A stretch of 64,000 nt of DNA from a bacterium (GTDB lineage: Bacteria > Planctomycetota > UBA8108 > UBA1146): assembly GCA_029976805.1 (NCBI GenBank), contig JAPOLY010000002.1, positions 23,502 through 87,501 of the forward strand. The letters are read 5' to 3'. The first letter of the stretch is position 1. Every line of letters starts with the position of its first letter. A program made the translations under genes and the position numbers. Shown one piece after another: positions 36,509 to 46,182 of this stretch. The notes under the pieces were generated by a model. That model ran no database searches. It was given only the letters and a program-made list of their open reading frames with translations, and was not told where the DNA came from.

Positions 36509-38050
36509 CTAGAGTCCTCCCTTGCTTGCCGAATCAGTTTCGGGAGCGGGGCTGGGCGCGGGTTTCTCTTCGCTCTTGCCATCCTTCTTCAGGGGCTCGG
36601 CAGCTTCCTCGGTCTCTTCTGACCCTTTGGCTCCAGCTCCCTCTTCAGTCGAACCCTCTTCTCCCTGGGCTTCCTCGCCGGAAGCTCCCTCGGAAGTTTC
36701 TTCCATCTCCTTGGATTCGTCAGAACTCTCCTCTTCCTCCATTTCGGGGAAGAGACGCTGCAGACGGGCATCCATCTCTCGGTCGTAGGCGAGGATTCCT
36801 TCGATCCAGACCTTCTGAACCCATGAGGTCATCTCCAGAGGGTTTCCAGTCCACATGACAATATTGGCGACCTTGCCCTTGTCGATGGATCCGTATTGCT
36901 CTGCGACGCCACAGATCTCGGCAGCACCCAGAGTGATCGTGCGCAATGCCTGCTCCTGCGACATACCGTTACGAACGAGACGCGCAGCTTGATAGGTCAA
37001 AAGGTTTTCCGGCATGACATTGCTGCGACCCGCCTGCAGGGCGAAACGAATCCTGTTCTGACGCATCACCTCGGGAATAAAGGTCTCCTCCACCTCTCCG
37101 GTGATGGCATCTCTTTCGCGGTGGATCAGATCACTGTCGAGAACCACTGGCACCTTGGCTGCAGCAATCTCAGCCGCAGCAAGGTGAGCGTCCCCGGAGA
37201 GCACGAGAACCGCTCTTCCGGTCCAGCCCCTGTCAGCAATCATCGCGATAGCAGGAGCCACATCCGTCGCAGCACCGCAATGGATCCAGGCCCCCAGCTT
37301 TCCTCCATCGAGATAAGCCAGATGACGATGGCGGTCGTCGAGGTCCTCTTCACGGATCATCGACTTCCCTTTCTCACGCGCTTCGGCGGGAGGCAAGGAA
37401 TCCAGATCGTCACTGTTTTCTGCTTCCTGTTCGTAGCGAGTTTCAGCAAGGTTTTCATGCCAGCGATCAAACTCGCTGAAGACCCCTCGCAGTTCTGCAC
37501 GCTGGCGAAGACGGTCGTAACCCCCTTTGGGAGACACGGACATCTTGAGAGCGATCCCCGGCAAACGGGTCATCTCATCGGGAGAGAGACCAATCGGATG
37601 CACGATCCGGCTCACCCCGCCGACCACGCAGTTGTTGCCCTGCATGACGTGAACCGTGGAGATGCCGTTTCTCAGGGAGTTTTCAAAGAAGAAACGGGAT
37701 GGGTCGATGGCGTCGTAGACATCGACAAAGGGAGCCACCGACAGATTCTCGTTGGGAATGTCCAATCCTGCGGGATTGTGGGCATCCACCAATCCCGGTG
37801 CCAGGATCATTCCGCTGCAATCCACTTCCATGGCATCGTAGGGAACTGCCATATCTGCTCCGCCCACCGCCTGGATGATGCCATTCTCGATCAGAATGGT
37901 TCCATCGACGACGGGTGCACCGGAGACAGTCAGGATCTTGCCGCCTGTCAGGGCCACCTTGGGAGATGACTGGGCTTCTGCGACTCCCTGCTGGAAAAAC
38001 AGCAGAAGAGTGATTCCCAGAGTCAGGAATTTGTGAGTCAGGGTCGACAT
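36509..38050 (-). CDS. Secreted amidohydrolase-fold protein, partially degenerate metal site, acidic C-terminal tail (position 4 of 8)
   Basis: Signal peptide MSTLTHKFLTLGITLLLFFQQGVAEA. PGLVDAHNPAG (a single His). GSIDKGKVANIVMWTGNP. About 80-aa Glu/Ser/Gly-rich tail. Confidence 0.75.
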   Translation of the reverse strand: MSTLTHKFLTLGITLLLFFQQGVAEAQSSPKVALTGGKILTVSGAPVVDGTILIENGIIQAVGGADMAVPYDAMEVDCSGMILAPGLVDAHNPAGLDIPNENLSVAPFVDVYDAIDPSRFFFENSLRNGISTVHVMQGNNCVVGGVSRIVHPIGLSPDEMTRLPGIALKMSVSPKGGYDRLRQRAELRGVFSEFDRWHENLAETRYEQEAENSDDLDSLPPAEAREKGKSMIREEDLDDRHRHLAYLDGGKLGAWIHCGAATDVAPAIAMIADRGWTGRAVLVLSGDAHLAAAEIAAAKVPVVLDSDLIHRERDAITGEVEETFIPEVMRQNRIRFALQAGRSNVMPENLLTYQAARLVRNGMSQEQALRTITLGAAEICGVAEQYGSIDKGKVANIVMWTGNPLEMTSWVQKVWIEGILAYDREMDARLQRLFPEMEEEESSDESKEMEETSEGASGEEAQGEEGSTEEGAGAKGSEETEEAAEPLKKDGKSEEKPAPSPAPETDSASKGGL

Positions 38051-38101
38051 CGATTACCTCGGTTTCAATGCTTCCTCCGCAGTGCGGGTGGAAGGTTTAG
38101 C

Positions 38102-39631
38102 TCAATTTCTCTCGTATGAAAGTACGCCGTCCAGCATGACCTTTTCGATGCGGGTCAAGGCTGAGAAAGGGGAACCGTTCCAGCAAACCAGGTCTGCTCT
38201 GCGTCCCGGCTCAAGGGTTCCCACCTCTTTTTCGATTCCCAGCAATTGGGCCGGGTACTGAGTCACCATTCGCAACGCCTCCGCCGGATCGACTCCATAT
38301 CGAATCGCCAGCATCGCCTGACGGGCGAGACCCTCTTCACCGCGCAGATCCTGCGCACTGAGAGCCATCGGAATACCGGCGTCAGAAAGATCGCGAACCG
38401 TGTGAAGTCTTCGATTGCGCATTTCACGCGAGCCCGCAGTGATTCCGCTGGGCTGATCGAAGATGGGGCCGAAGACCACGGGTGTTTCTGTTTGCTTGAG
38501 GAGGTCGACCCTTTTCCACGCTTCCACCGGATCTTCCAGTGTGAAGGAAATGCCAAACTCATTGGCAAAGCGGAAGGCAGTTTCGATGTCACTGCCAGTT
38601 CTGGCCTGAATTCTCATCGGTACATCTCCGGCGAGGACTCCCTGCAAAACCCGGGAAGCCTCCGCAGAGGTTTTATCGGCACCGGTCGGCTCAAGGCCCC
38701 GGGCACGAAGAAGGGCATCGTAGAATGCTCTGCGGAAAACCCAGCCCACTCCCATACGGGAATCGGGGCGACGGGTGTAGATGGAAACAAAGCCTCGGAA
38801 AGGACTGCGATTCCGGGTGCCGTAGCGATAAGCATCGCTGCCGACCACCGTTTTGACAGAACCGGTTCCCATGAATCGATCGGTGATCGGACCGCCGGTG
38901 CGCATCGTGGCTCCACGGGATCCGATCACGGCAGATCCATCGGGACTGATGTAAACCGTGGTCACTCCCTCCTGGAGCAGTCGATCAAAATCTTTCGACC
39001 CGTGATCGATACCGTCCATGATCTCGAATTGGGGAACCACCTCGCTCGACTGGTCCGTGATCAGCCCGCTCTCGCTGGGAACCCCGGCAGCCATCGCTTC
39101 GCGCTTCAGCTCAGCGAGTTCCTCTTCTTCCTCTTCCTCATCATGAGCGTGAGCATGGGGGTCATGCTCCGGGTATCCACAGAAGAGACAGCTCTCGTCA
39201 TGACGGTGAAGCGTCTGGGCAGGACAGACCGTTCCGCAGGGACAGACATCGCCGCCGTGGTACTGGTCTTCCATCCCCAATGCTCGGAGAATCGACAGTC
39301 GCGGATCCTCCGTGGGATAAAGCATGGCATCCATGACGTCGATCTTGGCATTCGCATCGATCAGCCCGGGGGTCACTTCAGCAACCTCCATGACCTCCAG
39401 TCCTTCCGGAACGGCTCCACCGGAAGTGACACTCTCGATTCGTCCTTCACGGACGACGATGACCGCATTGTCGACGGTCTGGCCATTGCCGAGGTGAGCC
39501 TTGCCCGCCTTCACCACATAGGAGTTGATCGTTTTCACGGCCTCCTCTTCGGCAAGAAGTGGCGAGAAACAGAATCCGGTGACCAGAGCGAAGACCCACA
39601 GCATCAGGGGGTACTTGGATGTGTTGTTCAT
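38102..39631 (-). CDS. Secreted amidohydrolase-fold protein, degenerate metal site, Cys/His-rich insertion (position 3 of 8)
   Basis: Signal peptide MNNTSKYPLMLWVFALVTGFCFSPLLA. PGLIDANAKID replaces HxH. Insert GGDVCPCGTVCPAQTLHRHDESCLFCGYPEHDPHAHAHDEEEEEEE. GTLEPGRRADLVCWNGSP. Confidence 0.75.
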   Translation of the reverse strand: MNNTSKYPLMLWVFALVTGFCFSPLLAEEEAVKTINSYVVKAGKAHLGNGQTVDNAVIVVREGRIESVTSGGAVPEGLEVMEVAEVTPGLIDANAKIDVMDAMLYPTEDPRLSILRALGMEDQYHGGDVCPCGTVCPAQTLHRHDESCLFCGYPEHDPHAHAHDEEEEEEELAELKREAMAAGVPSESGLITDQSSEVVPQFEIMDGIDHGSKDFDRLLQEGVTTVYISPDGSAVIGSRGATMRTGGPITDRFMGTGSVKTVVGSDAYRYGTRNRSPFRGFVSIYTRRPDSRMGVGWVFRRAFYDALLRARGLEPTGADKTSAEASRVLQGVLAGDVPMRIQARTGSDIETAFRFANEFGISFTLEDPVEAWKRVDLLKQTETPVVFGPIFDQPSGITAGSREMRNRRLHTVRDLSDAGIPMALSAQDLRGEEGLARQAMLAIRYGVDPAEALRMVTQYPAQLLGIEKEVGTLEPGRRADLVCWNGSPFSALTRIEKVMLDGVLSYERN

Positions 39632-40821
39632 TTTCTGACGCTCTCCAATTCATTCACTTTTCCGGGTTCGGCAACCCGCATTCCCTGCCCCCCACGCCAG
39701 ACGTGAATCACGCTGGAAGCAGTGTCGAGAGGATCTCCAGAGAAAAGAACCAGGTCCGCTCTCTTGCCTGCGGAAACCTCTCCCGTTTCCAACGCTCCGG
39801 AGACTTTCGCCGGATTGCTGAAGAGGGCTCTGCGGGCAGCGTTGGCATCCATTCCTGCGGAAACTGCCATGGCAGCACTTCCACGGAGGTGATCGGCGGG
39901 ACCTGCCGGAAGTCCACCGGCAAAACTCAATTCCACCCCTTGCTTCGAAGCCCTTACGGCCATCATGAGATGGGCACGGCTTCCACCATCCAACAGAGGT
40001 CCGACGACCATATGCACCGGCTTGGGAAGATCTTTCACGAGATTCAAAGGGGAACGGCCATCTCCACCGGTGTGAATGAAGACCGGAATCGCATCGGCTG
40101 ACCAGGGCAATGCGAGTGCCTGGCGCAAATCGATTCCCTCCGCCACGTACAGGAGGCCCGGATTTTTCAGAGCCTCAGGGCCGGTCTGCATCCAATCTCT
40201 CCAGATGGAGAGCAATGCGGTTCGACTGGTCGGAACCCGGTTCGCAGAAAGAACGGAGTCACCCAATGCCAGCATCATTTTTCCGGATCCCAATCGGGTG
40301 GCCGAAAAATCGCTGTGGCAAAGGAAGGTCGCACTCTTTCCATTGACGACTCCGAGGGGCTGCGCCACCAGAGTGGTGTAGAGCACCCCGTGGTGAGCGG
40401 CGACATCCAGCCACGGATCCGAGGAGTCGAAACTGCTCCCGGCGTCGAGATGATCGTCGACCAGAACGGTTCCGGAGCGCAAGGATCCGGGTTTGCCACG
40501 GGTACCCAGCGCACCCATGAGATCGTGCAATCCCGGGGTCAGGACGGATCCTTCAGGGGCTCGGTGAATATGGTCAAACGCCTTCTCATCGACGGTGGAA
40601 CTGGGCACCAGGGCCTGAATCTTGCCGTCATTGCCGACGATGACCGCCCAGTCCCCCTCCAGATTTCCATCGGGGAGAAGAACCTGTGCACCGGTGATCG
40701 CCACTCCGCTGCCACCGGCGTCTGCCGGGATGGAAAGCGTCAGGGTGAAGAGCAGTGCAAGCCCGAACAGGAACAACCTGTTTCCCGAGTTCGGTTTTTG
40801 ATGGTTGGAGCGATTCAACAT
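39628..40821 (-). CDS. Secreted amidohydrolase-fold protein, degenerate metal site (position 2 of 8)
   Basis: Start MLNRSNHQKP at 40821, overlapping the upstream stop (TAATG). PGLHDLMGALG replaces HxH. GEVSAGKRADLVLFSGDP. ATGA overlap with the next gene. The track ORF extends to 40929. Confidence 0.7.
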   Translation of the reverse strand: MLNRSNHQKPNSGNRLFLFGLALLFTLTLSIPADAGGSGVAITGAQVLLPDGNLEGDWAVIVGNDGKIQALVPSSTVDEKAFDHIHRAPEGSVLTPGLHDLMGALGTRGKPGSLRSGTVLVDDHLDAGSSFDSSDPWLDVAAHHGVLYTTLVAQPLGVVNGKSATFLCHSDFSATRLGSGKMMLALGDSVLSANRVPTSRTALLSIWRDWMQTGPEALKNPGLLYVAEGIDLRQALALPWSADAIPVFIHTGGDGRSPLNLVKDLPKPVHMVVGPLLDGGSRAHLMMAVRASKQGVELSFAGGLPAGPADHLRGSAAMAVSAGMDANAARRALFSNPAKVSGALETGEVSAGKRADLVLFSGDPLDTASSVIHVWRGGQGMRVAEPGKVNELESVRK

Positions 40822-42134
40822 TAGAAGCGCCCTCCTCTCGCCGCAGAGGCTTCTTGCCAGACCACTTCCCCGTCGATGATCACCTTTACAGGGCGAGCTG
40901 CCGGCTGGGTCGCCGGGTTGGCACTCCACAGAACAATGTGATTCTGTCCGGGTCTAAGGGTATCCCGACGACTGCGAAGACCTCTGAGGTTCGTCGACTG
41001 GGCACTCGTGAGCGCAGCCTCCCCCGTCATCTTGCGGGTCATTCGCCAGAGGCCTTCTCCTGAGCCTCCACTGCCGACCACCCAATCCATTTCATGCTCC
41101 TCCAGGAGGGCAGCGAGATTGGAAGATCTTCGGGGAGTCGTACTCAGAACTCCAGGACCGGAGACCGCCATCGACGTCGCTGGCTGGTCGATAATGAAGG
41201 AAAGGTCATCCAGTTTTTTCAAGTCATCGATCACCAGAGCCGCTTCATCCGCCCCATGAATGATCGCGTCCAACTGGAACATTTGAATCAACTCGCAGGC
41301 ATTCAAAAGATCTGCAGATCGCCGGGCGGTGATCAAAACCGGAATCTTGTGGTCCAGTGCACGAAGGAGGATATCACTGTCCTCATCGAGATCGGGACGA
41401 CGGGGCTTTTCGGGTGCCTTCTTCTCCTCGTCGTCCTTTTTGCCATCTTCGGAAGACTTTTCGCCCTCCCCTTCACCGTCCTTGGCCTGTTCCTCGACCC
41501 ACTTCTTCAGCTCCTCGAGGTACTCCTCCAGGTCTGATTCATAACTGTCGAGGCTGTCGCGACGGTCACGGGCATTGTTGAACTGCTCGACGATTTTGTC
41601 GAAAGCACGAATGCGCGCGGAAGGGGCTCCCGATGAAAGATTGATGCAAAGGGCGGCCTCTTCCTCGATCAGGACGCCATGCCCGCCACCTTCCGCCTCT
41701 TCCAGTGAAACCCAGCAGGATCTGCCAGAGATACCGCTGCCGCGAACCGGAACCAGATGGACCCGGGTCACGCCTGACGAGAGGACCATTTCGATATCAT
41801 CCTTGGAAAAGCGATCGAAGCCGTCCCAACTCCACTGCTTGGCCTCTCCCGATCCGCCCACTGGAAGGGTGAGAACGGAAGCGTGATCCACGAGGCCTGC
41901 TGTGGCAAAAAGCCCCTGGGCCGGGATTTTTTTAGACATGAGTGGCACGTCTGCAGTCTGGGAGATTTCGGCGATCCTGCCGCCACGGATCATGATCGTC
42001 AGATCCTCGAGAGTCCCGCCACGCGTCGGGGCGCTGACGCCCTCCAGAACAACCGGACGTTGAAACAACTGACCCTCTACCCAACCCGGGTAGAACAGAA
42101 GGATCAGCATCAGCCACACTCTGGGTGAAGACAT
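40821..42134 (-). CDS. Secreted amidohydrolase-fold protein, degenerate metal site (position 1 of 8)
   Basis: Probable start MSSPRVWLMLILLFYPGWVEG at 42134. AGLVDHASVL replaces HxH. Charged insert EELKKWVEEQAKDGEGEGEKSSEDGKKDDEEKKAPEK. The track ORF extends to 42239. Confidence 0.65.
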   Translation of the reverse strand: MSSPRVWLMLILLFYPGWVEGQLFQRPVVLEGVSAPTRGGTLEDLTIMIRGGRIAEISQTADVPLMSKKIPAQGLFATAGLVDHASVLTLPVGGSGEAKQWSWDGFDRFSKDDIEMVLSSGVTRVHLVPVRGSGISGRSCWVSLEEAEGGGHGVLIEEEAALCINLSSGAPSARIRAFDKIVEQFNNARDRRDSLDSYESDLEEYLEELKKWVEEQAKDGEGEGEKSSEDGKKDDEEKKAPEKPRRPDLDEDSDILLRALDHKIPVLITARRSADLLNACELIQMFQLDAIIHGADEAALVIDDLKKLDDLSFIIDQPATSMAVSGPGVLSTTPRRSSNLAALLEEHEMDWVVGSGGSGEGLWRMTRKMTGEAALTSAQSTNLRGLRSRRDTLRPGQNHIVLWSANPATQPAARPVKVIIDGEVVWQEASAARGGRF

Positions 42135-42682
42135 ATGCTTGGCTCTTTCCTCATAAGCCGTTGCCCTCGCAACGACTCGGCGCTCATTCACACTGATTCG
42201 ATCAAAGTCATGTGATGCCTGCGGTTGACAAGCCTGCACCCGGACACAGCCGTTGAGCAGACTCGTTATTACTTGGGGCAGACTTCATTCCTGCAGATGG
42301 TGAAACTCCCTCATAACAGGGAACAGATCCTCCACCTGTAGAAGCCGGTACACAGACCGGTATCCCTCTCGTCAAACAATCAGGGCTGATCGCGCGGGGA
42401 TTCCCCCCAGTTCGCTGAATACCCCTGCTGAAATCGTCTATCTCTATTCCCCCACCTCTGGTGAGCTCCAAAGGGATTGGAGAGCTCCAAAGGTATCCCC
42501 GCGATTCATGTCCCCGAATTTCCCGCAGGTCGAGGTACAGAATAACCACCAGAATCCACCCATGAAACCTGTAACGTCCGCCGATCTGCTCGCATCGGAG
42601 CAATTCCGGGTGCAAACTCGGACTGATGTGACAGAGCAGCGAAAGCCCCTGAAACCGCTTTCCAGACTGTCAGCCAGAAAGG

Positions 42683-43609
42683 ATGCAACCGATGAATGAC
42701 GGATATTCCTCCCCGCTCCGGGGAACCGGGCTCTCTGAAGCTCACAGAACCCGTATTGGCCTCGCTGAAATGCTTCGCGGTGGCGTCATCATGGACGTGA
42801 CCACAGCCGAGGAGGCTCATGTGGCCCAAGAGGCCGGAGCAGTCGCGGTGATGGCTCTCGAAAGAGTGCCCTCCGACATCCGCAGGGATGGTGGTGTCGC
42901 CCGCATGTCCCCGGTCGAAAAAGTGGAAGAGATCCAAAAGGTCTGCTCGATTCCGGTGATGGCGAAAGCACGCATTGGGCATTTTGTTGAAGCCGAGATT
43001 CTGGAATCCCTCGAAGTGGATTTCATCGACGAATCGGAAGTGCTGACCCCCGCAGATCACGCCTACCACATCGATAAAAATCGTTTCAACGTTCCCTTCG
43101 TCTGTGGAGCCACCAATCTGGGTGAAGCCCTGCGTCGAATCGGCGAAGGTGCGGCCATGTTGCGCACCAAGGGCGAAGCAGGAACCGGTGATATCACCGA
43201 GGCCGTGCGTCACCTGCGGGCGATTCACTCCGAAATCCGCCGTCTCACCACTGCTCCTGAGGAAGAGTGGATGACTCTGGCCAAAGATCACGGTGCTCCC
43301 TATTCCCTCGTATGCCAGGTGGCAAAGGAAGGCCGACTCCCGGTTCCCAACTTTGCGGCCGGTGGTATTGCCACTCCTGCTGACGCAGCGCTGGCAATGC
43401 GACTCGGTGCGGAAGCGGTCTTCGTCGGTTCAGGAATCTTCAAATCGAAGGACCCCCTGCGCACAGCCAAGGCCATCGTTCATGCCACCGCCCACTTTGA
43501 AGATGCGGCTGAACTCGCCAACGCCTCCCGTAACCTGGGAGAAGCGATGCCGGGAATCGATGCCAGCAAGCTGCCGGAAGCGGAGCGTCTTCAGGATCGC
43601 GGCTGGTAA
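42683..43609 (+). CDS. pdxS: Pyridoxal 5'-phosphate synthase lyase subunit
   Basis: Highly conserved PdxS sequence ([66 protein letters not shown]). Confidence 0.95.
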   Translation: MQPMNDGYSSPLRGTGLSEAHRTRIGLAEMLRGGVIMDVTTAEEAHVAQEAGAVAVMALERVPSDIRRDGGVARMSPVEKVEEIQKVCSIPVMAKARIGHFVEAEILESLEVDFIDESEVLTPADHAYHIDKNRFNVPFVCGATNLGEALRRIGEGAAMLRTKGEAGTGDITEAVRHLRAIHSEIRRLTTAPEEEWMTLAKDHGAPYSLVCQVAKEGRLPVPNFAAGGIATPADAALAMRLGAEAVFVGSGIFKSKDPLRTAKAIVHATAHFEDAAELANASRNLGEAMPGIDASKLPEAERLQDRGW

Positions 43610-43612
43610 ATC

Positions 43613-44185
43613 TTGGCCACTGTTCAGGCCGCTGTTCTCGCCTTGCAGGGATCTGTGGAACCCCACCTCAGATCCCTGCATGCTGCGGGTGCGGAACCCA
43701 TCGAATTAAGAAAGCCCACAGAGTTGAACGGGATTACCCATCTGGTGATCCCCGGTGGCGAAAGCACCACTCTGCATCATCTGCTCAAGATTCACGGTCT
43801 TGATCAGCAGATCCCTGAGCGGGTCCGCGCAGGTTCACTGGCCCTGTTGGGCACCTGCGCAGGAGCGATTCTGATGGGCAAGAATCCGGATCAGGCTCCA
43901 CCCCGTTTTGAACTGATCGATGTGGATGTCGACCGCAATGCCTATGGTCGTCAGATCCACTCCTTCGTCGGGGAAGTCGAGTGGCAATCGGGACCCGGGC
44001 CCGGCACCGGCGAGGGGGTCTTCATCCGCGCCCCGAAATTTGTCCGCATTGGCGAAGGGGTCAACGTCATCGCTCGCAGGGAGGATGAGGTGGTCGCAGT
44101 CCAACAGGGACGTTGCGTCGCATGCTGCTTCCACCCGGAGCTCACCACCGATCCCCGCCTCCACCGCTGGTTTCTGGGGATCTGA
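43613..44185 (+). CDS. pdxT: Pyridoxal 5'-phosphate synthase glutaminase subunit
   Basis: VLALQGSVEPH, LVIPGGESTT, GTCAGAILM (nucleophile Cys) and FHPELT. TTG start four nt after the pdxS stop. Confidence 0.9.
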   Translation: MATVQAAVLALQGSVEPHLRSLHAAGAEPIELRKPTELNGITHLVIPGGESTTLHHLLKIHGLDQQIPERVRAGSLALLGTCAGAILMGKNPDQAPPRFELIDVDVDRNAYGRQIHSFVGEVEWQSGPGPGTGEGVFIRAPKFVRIGEGVNVIARREDEVVAVQQGRCVACCFHPELTTDPRLHRWFLGI

Positions 44186-44341
44186 CCCCCGCACTTCCTT
44201 CGCACAACTGAGCCATTTTTCCTCCCGGACTGCGATTCTGCAGGGACACACCGGATATTCACTGGATCAGGAACCGCTGACACCGGACTATGCATTTACG
44301 GGAAATCCTTCAGATTCAGGGATGTGGGCGAGGAGATTTCG

Positions 44342-45937
44342 ATGAATGAACCGGTAAAGACGGATTCAAATCCGAGAATCGGCATCTTTGGCTGGGGAGT
44401 CATCGCTCCCGGCTGCGACAGTGTCGAGACCTTCCGTGAGAAACTTTACACAGGAGGTTCATGGCTCGAAAAGTTTGAGGACTTTGGTCCCAGTAACTTT
44501 CTCGTCGGAGACCCAGACTTTGACTTTGAAAAATATCACTCCTGGATCGATGACCGCTTCCCCCCCAACCGCTTCGGTCAACTTCAGAGCAAGATGGGTG
44601 ACCCAACTCTGATGGCGGTGGGCAGTTTCATTCAGGCCCTCGAGCAGAACCCCGGAATCGAAAAGACACTTCAAGACCTGGGCAATGCAGCCCATGTCTA
44701 CGTGGGCACCGGTCTCGGCGATTTGCCGACGATTTCCGAAGTGGCCCTGACTGCAGATCGCGCCCAGGCCCGTTGGGATGAGTTTTGGGCGAGCCCGGAA
44801 AACTGTCCGGCCAGAGCCGCTTTCACCGCCGGGGATGCGGATCCTGAAACGCTGCAAGATCTTCCCGAAGATCCGGAAACCGTCGCCCCCGAAGCCCGGG
44901 AAGATGCTCGAAGAAGCTGGAATCGATATTGGGCTGAAAAATCCACCCGTCTCACTGATTACCTGGAAAAGAGTCGGGAGATTGAAGGTGAAAGTATTGA
45001 GGGTGAGGTCGAGAGCAACAAGGCTGCGGTGATCCGTGGCAAGATGAAAAAGGCCGCCCAGTTAAGAAAAGACTGGGGAGTCCCCCTCGAGCCCTGGAAT
45101 GCGGTTTCTCCAAATCTGCTGTGGAATATTCACAGTTCCGTGGCCACACAGATCACCATGATGGGCAAGATCACTGGACCCAGTTTCTCCCCGGTGGCGG
45201 CGTGTTCCACCTTTGGAGTCGCCCTCAAGCTGGGCATGGACGCCATTACCCGCGGTGAAGCGGAAGCGGTCGTCGTCGGGGCTGCAGATCCGCCACCACA
45301 CTCCATGGTCGTGGGAGCGTTCAATGCCGCCCGCGTGCTTTCCAATGATGGTGAAGTCTCCAAACCCCTCACCGGTTTGCGTGGAACCCACATCAGTGGA
45401 GGCTCCTGTGTCTGGATCATCGGTGACCTCGAAAAGATGCAGGCACGGGGATTCAAACCCCTCGGAATGGAACCGGTGGGAGTCGGTCTGACATCGGATG
45501 CAGACCACATCATTACCCCGAGTGAAGAAGGGCCGACCGCTTCGATTCATTCCGCCCTTGAAGCGGCCTCAGCAAATGTAGAATCTGTCTCGACCTGGGA
45601 CCTTCACTGCACCGCAACTCCCGGCGATTACCTTGAAGTTGAAAATGCACGCAAACTTTTCCCCGAACACATCCTGATGACCGCCCGCAAGGGTACCTTC
45701 GGTCACGGTATGGGTGTCTGCGGTGGCTGGGAATTGACGGCTCAAATGCTTGCTGGAGAATCAGGACAAATTGCTCCCACATCTCTCGCTGAGACAGAGC
45801 TGAATTCACAGATCTCCGAAGTCCATCGGAACTTTACCGGAAAGGAAGCCGTCCCCCTTCCAGAGGGACTCTCCGGAAAACTCTCCATGGGTGTCGGTGG
45901 CATCAATGCGTGTGTGATCTGTCGTCCCTTCGACTGA
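44342..45937 (+). CDS. Beta-ketoacyl-[ACP] synthase family protein with a large N-domain insertion
   Basis: KAS triad contexts AACSTFG (Cys), DADHIITP (His), LHCTATPGD (His) and KGTFGH. GGCGAGGAG lies upstream of the ATG at 44342. The track ORF starts at GTG 44324. Confidence 0.8.
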   Translation: MNEPVKTDSNPRIGIFGWGVIAPGCDSVETFREKLYTGGSWLEKFEDFGPSNFLVGDPDFDFEKYHSWIDDRFPPNRFGQLQSKMGDPTLMAVGSFIQALEQNPGIEKTLQDLGNAAHVYVGTGLGDLPTISEVALTADRAQARWDEFWASPENCPARAAFTAGDADPETLQDLPEDPETVAPEAREDARRSWNRYWAEKSTRLTDYLEKSREIEGESIEGEVESNKAAVIRGKMKKAAQLRKDWGVPLEPWNAVSPNLLWNIHSSVATQITMMGKITGPSFSPVAACSTFGVALKLGMDAITRGEAEAVVVGAADPPPHSMVVGAFNAARVLSNDGEVSKPLTGLRGTHISGGSCVWIIGDLEKMQARGFKPLGMEPVGVGLTSDADHIITPSEEGPTASIHSALEAASANVESVSTWDLHCTATPGDYLEVENARKLFPEHILMTARKGTFGHGMGVCGGWELTAQMLAGESGQIAPTSLAETELNSQISEVHRNFTGKEAVPLPEGLSGKLSMGVGGINACVICRPFD

Positions 45938-46182
45938 CCCGCAGAGCGTACACAGGGAGCGCAAAGTCGGTACATTTCCCATCAAAACCGTCCATAAAAG
46001 CAGATATCGCCACGGTTCGCTTCAGATGCGATTCAAACCCGCTTCCGGAGGGTCCGCCGATCGGCTAATCTGTCCGTTTCAATCAGGATCCGAATTTTTG
46101 CCAGAGGCGGATCCGGTGATTTTCGTCCTCCCAAAGGAGGCCTTTTCAATCCTCACGGATCAAACCCCAGCAAGGAGAACCC

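Noticed and set aside
32687-39706. Long plus-strand ORFs inside the amidohydrolase operon (32687..33895, 34900..36021, 36896..37969, 38246..39706)
   Set aside because: They are antisense shadows of well-supported minus-strand genes. Their translations are Arg/Gly/His-rich with no recognisable domains, as is typical of GC-rich antisense frames.
42208-42615. 135-aa minus-strand ORF in the long spacer upstream of the amidohydrolase operon
   Set aside because: The composition is Gly/Arg/Pro-rich and unprotein-like, there is no RBS or motif, and it overlaps the alternative 5' extension of the first amidohydrolase ORF. I treated the region as non-coding.
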